From NCBI GenBank assembly GCA_963517385.1, contig CAUQEK010000001.1, positions 1 to 58,563 of the forward strand: a stretch of DNA of 58,563 nt, read 5' to 3'. The notes below the pieces were generated by a model. It searched no databases, was not told the origin of the DNA, and saw nothing but the letters and a program-made list of their open reading frames with translations. Origin of the DNA: an uncultured Candidatus Saccharibacteria bacterium. GTDB lineage: Bacteria > Patescibacteriota > Saccharimonadia > Saccharimonadales > Saccharimonadaceae. Both the position numbers and the translations under genes were made by a program. Below, piece after piece: positions 53,673 to 58,563 of this stretch. Every line of letters starts with the position of its first letter. Position 1 is the first letter of the stretch.

Positions 53673-56600
53673 TACTCTTTAATTTTATCATAGTCGACAA
53701 TCAGCTGGTTGGCGAAGTCGATAATCTCAGCTTTCTTGGTGGTGTATCCGACTGGTTTGCAGGCAAAAGATTCGGTATTTAAGAAATCTAAGGTATCTAG
53801 TTGATGGCGAATGGCGTGAATAAGTTTCGGAATGTTGATGTCAAATTCGGCGATCTCAGATTTAGTGATGGTCTTTTCGAAGAATTCACCCGGTTCGCCT
53901 GGTTTGACGTTTTTATAGCTTGGAAGAACGAAAAGCAAGCTCATAGATTCGACCGTGTAATTTTTATAGGTTGGCGAAGTGGTGACAAGATAGTAATAGA
54001 AAAGCAACTGAATAGTATAGATGAAAAGTTTTTTGTTATTTTTCCAGGTATCCTTTTCTTGCATACCAGTTGAGGTTTTGAAATCGTAGATGCGAATAGT
54101 TTTATTCTGCTCGTCGATAGTGAGGTGATCGATAGTACCGGTGATAGGGACGCCTTCAAAGGAAAGTTTTTCATGACTAAATGAAACTTCGGCCTTAGCA
54201 TGTTCGTCAAAGAGAATGTCGTGGAAATACTCGATACTTTGAAGCAATTCGGTTTTACCAATGGTGATGAGATCTTCGATTTCACGTTCCGAAAGATCAA
54301 GGTTTTTGGCAGTTTCAATGTAATATTCGAGGGCTTGCTCGGCGGTGATTTTCTGGTTAGTAATCATCTCAAAACATTTGTGGATTAGATTACCCTTTTC
54401 AATATTCACCACATTTTCAATACTGCGTGGTGCGCCAATTAAACGGTTGCGGTAGAAATTTAATGGACCGTTATATTCGAGATCTACGAAATTTGAAACA
54501 TCGGTGGCAGAAAGCCAAATATTGTCGGCTTTGGCGTGAAGATATTTGAGTAAATCGTCTTTTGGATCGAGATATTTGTCGAGCCAGGTAGATTTTAGAT
54601 GCTGTAATTCGGTAATTTCAGAATTATCGGACGGATGCTGGAAGATTTCAGGCGCTTCTAGTAACGGAGAGGTTTTAATAACTTTTTCCTCATTTATCTC
54701 CATCATCATGCCAAGCGGCTTGGTAGTGCTCTGGTTGTGATTAATAGTAGCACTGGTCATGGTGAGAGATTTGGCGGCACGAGTCATGGCCACAAAGAGG
54801 AGACGTAGATTACATCCTTCACTTTCGGTAGCTCCATTGACAAAAGTCAGATTAAATGGTGGTTTAATTCCCTGCGACCCACGATTCTGATTCCAATGAG
54901 CGTCAGAAAGGTCAAGGAGGAAGACGTGTTTGAACTCAAGGCCCTTAGATTTATGGGCGGAGATTAGAGTAATAGCGTTTTGGTCATCGGAAAAAATTGC
55001 GGATTTTTGGATAGTGGCATTGGCGGCTTGATATTTATCGAGAAAATCAATATAGTCGGCAAGCTTTGGATGTTCGGCCTTTGTGAAACTATAAAATGCT
55101 TCCTTGAGGGTGGCGAGATTTTGGTAAAAATCTACCATCTGGCGAACTTCCTTGGAAGTTAGTTGTTTAGCTAGAGTTTCCGGATTTTCATAATCAAGAT
55201 TTGGTAAAAATGGTGAAATATAGAGAGATTTTTCGGTAGATGTGGTAGACTCAGAGCCAATTTCGAATGGATCGATGATGGCGGAGTCAGGGTTTGATTT
55301 TGGCGTTTCATTAGATTCAGAATTTACTTCTGAAGTTTCAAGATCAAGATAAATCGGTTTTAAGTTGATGAGGAAATTTATCATGTCTTCGACAGACGAG
55401 GTGAGAGTTTTTTTGGCAAGTTCAGCGAGGAATTTGGCAAAATTTTGTACGGCGGGAAGTTTTTGATAACCGAGTAGATAATCGAGAAAATGACGATGGT
55501 CGTGATATCCAGTGTGAACTAGTTGCACAAAATCAAGTGGATTAAGCCCGAGATAGTCGGCGCTCATAATATCTGCAAGTAAATCAAGGGGGTCTTGTCC
55601 AGATGCGAGCTGGTGAATGACGCGAAGTAGGTCATGAAGTTCTTTGATTTTGGCATCTTCAAGAATATTTTCCTTTCGTTCATAAGTGACATTAATATTG
55701 TCGTATTTGCGAAGATACGGCAGTATCGCCTTTAAGACATCGTGTTTTCGAGCGATAATGGCAATATTTTTTTGCTCTTCCCCACTTTGGATAAGATTAT
55801 GGATGGTTTCAGCGACCCACTGATATTCAGAAATGGTATCACTGAAGTGATGGCGAGAAATACGAGTGTTTGGATGATTAATCGGTTGAAGTGTCTGATC
55901 ATCACTAGTGATTTTTGATAATTCTGAGTTTCTGGCGGCATGAAGATTTTTAGTGAAGTCACCGGAAGTTTCACCAAGGCTGGTTAGGACGGACTCGGAT
56001 TTGATAAAGCTATCGGGGATTTGGTCGGCAATTTTACGTGACAAAGCCAGGATTTCACTGGTTGAACGATAATTTTCTTTAAGAATGATAATCTTGGCGT
56101 GATAATGCTGATAAAAATCGACTAGGTTAGAAGAAAGTGCTCCTTGAAATTCGTAAATGGTCTGGTCGTCATCACCTACGGCCATAATTTCTGGTTTATC
56201 ATAGTCGGTGATGAGTTGGATTAAACGAACTTGCGCCGGATTGGAATCCTGAAACTCATCAAGCATGATGTATTGAAATTGCTCGGCCATCATGGCTTTA
56301 AAATCTACATCAGTTTCTAGATGCTTGATTGCTTCAAGAATCATATCAGCATAGTCAACCAAGCGATTTTCGGCGAGATAGGTTTGGTATTTTTGGCAAA
56401 AATCTAGAATGGTGGAAAATTTAATAATGTCGTTAGTTTGCTTGTAATAACAAACTCCGTTAGTATTTAAAGTGAAATGGCTATCGGTAAATTTTTTTAG
56501 GGCCGCAATAGAAGGTTTATCTTTGGTGATTTCTAACTGATAAAGATCAAGCATCTGACGGTAGAGCTCGTTGGAAATATATGGTACGTTCGGTAAGATA

Positions 56601-57235
56601 TTTTGATCATGAGAAGAACTGACTTGGCCTAGTACGGTAAGAATCGGAAAATAGCGTTCCTTGCATTTACTTTCAAAATTACCACTACTGGCTTTACCGA
56701 TGGTGGTGGCGGCGAGAGCTTGGTTGAGATCCTCAATATCTTTTTGATTGGCTTCTTGGATGGTTGTGAGACTATCGATTGAAAGATTGGCGCCTTTTAG
56801 CTTATTAATTAGATTAGCAACATCGCTAGCCTTGTTAGCTCGAAGTGGATTGGTAATAGGTAATTCATCGAGAAGTTGCTGGAAAAAATTCTCTGCTTCG
56901 ACGGGGCTGATGGTTTTTTCAGATAGACGTTCAATTTCGGTGGCATAATTCTGGTAGCGGCCGATGATGGTATTTCCAAAGGAGTGATAGGTCATGATGT
57001 TCAATTCATCAGCGGAGTTACCGATCACGGTGCGTAGACGGTCGCGCATGTTGGTGGCGGCGGCGTCAGTAAAAGTGAGACAAAGGATGTTGCTTGGGTT
57101 GGTTTGGGTAACATTCAAGATGTGAGCGACGCGCTGAGAAATAATTTGCGTCTTACCAGTACCTGGACCAGCTAAGACCAGAAGTGGTCCGCCTAGATAT
57201 TCAATGGCGGCTTGCTGTTCTTTATTCGGTCTCAT
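53672..57235 (-). CDS. UvrD/PcrA-type SF1 helicase fused to a C-terminal PD-(D/E)xK nuclease (AddA/AdnB-like)
   Basis: AGPGTGKT, LTFT, DEFQD, GDDDQ.IY, ENYRS, H.SKGLEF and FVAMTRA; nuclease GTID...IYDFKT...QL..Y. Confidence 0.93.
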   Translation of the reverse strand: MRPNKEQQAAIEYLGGPLLVLAGPGTGKTQIISQRVAHILNVTQTNPSNILCLTFTDAAATNMRDRLRTVIGNSADELNIMTYHSFGNTIIGRYQNYATEIERLSEKTISPVEAENFFQQLLDELPITNPLRANKASDVANLINKLKGANLSIDSLTTIQEANQKDIEDLNQALAATTIGKASSGNFESKCKERYFPILTVLGQVSSSHDQNILPNVPYISNELYRQMLDLYQLEITKDKPSIAALKKFTDSHFTLNTNGVCYYKQTNDIIKFSTILDFCQKYQTYLAENRLVDYADMILEAIKHLETDVDFKAMMAEQFQYIMLDEFQDSNPAQVRLIQLITDYDKPEIMAVGDDDQTIYEFQGALSSNLVDFYQHYHAKIIILKENYRSTSEILALSRKIADQIPDSFIKSESVLTSLGETSGDFTKNLHAARNSELSKITSDDQTLQPINHPNTRISRHHFSDTISEYQWVAETIHNLIQSGEEQKNIAIIARKHDVLKAILPYLRKYDNINVTYERKENILEDAKIKELHDLLRVIHQLASGQDPLDLLADIMSADYLGLNPLDFVQLVHTGYHDHRHFLDYLLGYQKLPAVQNFAKFLAELAKKTLTSSVEDMINFLINLKPIYLDLETSEVNSESNETPKSNPDSAIIDPFEIGSESTTSTEKSLYISPFLPNLDYENPETLAKQLTSKEVRQMVDFYQNLATLKEAFYSFTKAEHPKLADYIDFLDKYQAANATIQKSAIFSDDQNAITLISAHKSKGLEFKHVFLLDLSDAHWNQNRGSQGIKPPFNLTFVNGATESEGCNLRLLFVAMTRAAKSLTMTSATINHNQSTTKPLGMMMEINEEKVIKTSPLLEAPEIFQHPSDNSEITELQHLKSTWLDKYLDPKDDLLKYLHAKADNIWLSATDVSNFVDLEYNGPLNFYRNRLIGAPRSIENVVNIEKGNLIHKCFEMITNQKITAEQALEYYIETAKNLDLSEREIEDLITIGKTELLQSIEYFHDILFDEHAKAEVSFSHEKLSFEGVPITGTIDHLTIDEQNKTIRIYDFKTSTGMQEKDTWKNNKKLFIYTIQLLFYYYLVTTSPTYKNYTVESMSLLFVLPSYKNVKPGEPGEFFEKTITKSEIAEFDINIPKLIHAIRHQLDTLDFLNTESFACKPVGYTTKKAEIIDFANQLIVDYDKIKE

Positions 57236-57995
57236 CTTTGTTCTCCTTTTTAGTCCTTGGTGCAAGATTATATTTGGTTTGGATGGATTCTTTTAAGAAG
57301 ATTATACCAGTAATTATCTGCCAAGCGGTAATAGGATAAACTGTGAGACGTTCATAGATGGCAGCTACTTCAGTCAGCTTATTTGTGATGGCGTATTGAA
57401 GAAGAAATGCAAAACTAATGCCAATAATTGAAAGTAGTATAGTGGTTAGGCGATAAATTTTATGATTTGGTTTTAGAAAGATTCCGGCGAGAAGTAGGGT
57501 GAGATTTCCCATGAGGAATGATAATCTGGCGCCAATGCCATGCAACGAATCTTGATTAGGAACGCCACCTTGAAAAAGTCCGACTAAGAGGCTACCAATA
57601 CTGAATAGTGCGGCCACCATCATTAAACTGCAGGCTAGTTTAGTGTTTTTATCTTTAAGTTTTGGATATAGTAATAAGGCATAGCTAATAGAAAAACCGA
57701 AAGCGGTGACGATGAAACCCAGATTCATCACTATAGCAAGGGGTGAAAAATTGTTTGGTACGCCATCGGCGATTTGTCCAGGATACACTCCCAGCGCACT
57801 GATGAATTGCTTAGAGTAGACATATCCTAGATCTTGATTGGTGCCAAGAGCTGCAATAAATTCGGCAATAAGGTAAATGGCGGCATTGAGAATAAATCCA
57901 ATAGCGCCATATTTTACTAGGCGGCTACGCATTCGTCGATAAGTGATTGGAGTAGATTTAGTCTTTTTGGAATTGTTTGGGGGATAATTTTGCAT
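57222..57995 (-). CDS. DUF998-like membrane protein
   Basis: Y....ISALG, SP....MN.GF, LH.IGA and YERL.VYP pattern; multiple TM helices. Confidence 0.75.
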   Translation of the reverse strand: MQNYPPNNSKKTKSTPITYRRMRSRLVKYGAIGFILNAAIYLIAEFIAALGTNQDLGYVYSKQFISALGVYPGQIADGVPNNFSPLAIVMNLGFIVTAFGFSISYALLLYPKLKDKNTKLACSLMMVAALFSIGSLLVGLFQGGVPNQDSLHGIGARLSFLMGNLTLLLAGIFLKPNHKIYRLTTILLSIIGISFAFLLQYAITNKLTEVAAIYERLTVYPITAWQIITGIIFLKESIQTKYNLAPRTKKENKDETE

Positions 57996-58008
57996 ATTTT
58001 CCTTTTGA

Positions 58009-58284
58009 CTAGAGAGCTGTTATAAAAGCGAGAAATCCTAGAATAACACCAAAAGCATTTGGAATAATTAGAATGTAATCTTTTTTCGGCTCTTTAGTCC
58101 AGCCATAAATTACCCAAATTAGGCACGAGAAAGCGGCCATAGCTGGCTGCCAAGGTTGACCTTTGGATCCACTGATGTTTGCAATAATCTGTGGAATATA
58201 AGCAATGAAAACAAAGATACCAATAAAGGCTCCGATTGACCCCACAATAGTATTGATTTTATTTTTAATATTATTCGACTTCAT
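58009..58284 (-). CDS. SemiSWEET / PQ-loop family transporter
   Basis: 3 TM helices; AYIPQI, LIWVIYG and IPNAFG; AGGAGG SD. Confidence 0.88.
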   Translation of the reverse strand: MKSNNIKNKINTIVGSIGAFIGIFVFIAYIPQIIANISGSKGQPWQPAMAAFSCLIWVIYGWTKEPKKDYILIIPNAFGVILGFLAFITAL

Positions 58285-58368
58285 AAAATAGCCTCCTTTT
58301 TTAAATTAAACATAAACGATAATAAAGGAACATTGTGAAAACTGTCAAGTGATTTAGATAAGTCCTCA

Positions 58369-58563
58369 CTATTGATATGGAGTAAAGGTAGCTTTTCCGT
58401 CTTCATACTCACCAAGAAAAATTTGGCTAGGATGTGTAATCCCGTGTTTTTTAAGTTCTTGCTTTAGCCAGCTTTCATTTTTGCCGATGACTTCTAAAAT
58501 ATCAAATTGGACCTGACCATCGGTAATAATTGGAAATTTGGGGTTTTCTTCCCCTTTATGAAT
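58369..58563 (-). CDS. DUF421 (YetF) family protein, C-terminal part (truncated by the window edge)
   Basis: Translates as ...GEENPKFPIITDGQVQFDILEVIGKNESWLKQELKKHG...IFLGEY...PYQ*. Confidence 0.8.
   Translation of the reverse strand: MHKGEENPKFPIITDGQVQFDILEVIGKNESWLKQELKKHGITHPSQIFLGEYEDGKATFTPYQ

Overview
Bacterial chromosomal segment in the standard genetic code (RF1 with a PVT motif and RF2 with an SPF motif are both present). Gene content and style suggest Candidatus Saccharibacteria (TM7, Patescibacteria/CPR); this is an inference from the short EF-Ts, ProRS without an editing domain, SecA with a basic tail instead of a Zn motif, and the cutinase and BspA surface proteins. About 53 CDS, roughly 41 of them on the minus strand. 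Most are housekeeping: nrdDG with tandem NrdR boxes, ftsE-ftsX-CHAP-S41, prfB, murD-murL, secA, hpf, serS, lysS, frr, proS, greA, rseP, tsf, rpsB, type B rpmE, prfA-prmC, htrA, lepB, tgt-yhhQ, cysS, a DHH phosphoesterase and a UvrD-nuclease. There are three tRNAs: Gln-CTG, Gln-TTG and Val-CAC. Two tRNA-anchored accessory elements are visible. One is a 3.1 kb island at tRNA-Gln(TTG) carrying an intact HindVP/M.HindV-like type II RM pair and a wrecked serine recombinase. The other is a 1006-bp single-gene cassette at tRNA-Val bounded by a perfect 46-bp direct repeat. Other notable signals: a MurD2/MurL-type racemase-independent peptidoglycan route, a probable queuine-salvage operon, about 10 genes with leaderless promoter geometry, near-identical GGQ domains in RF1 and RF2, and repeated degenerate tandem expansions at gene ends and terminators. 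No CRISPR array, rRNA, intact transposase or prophage was seen. I cannot demonstrate a wholly new system from sequence alone; the best candidates are ranked in the findings.
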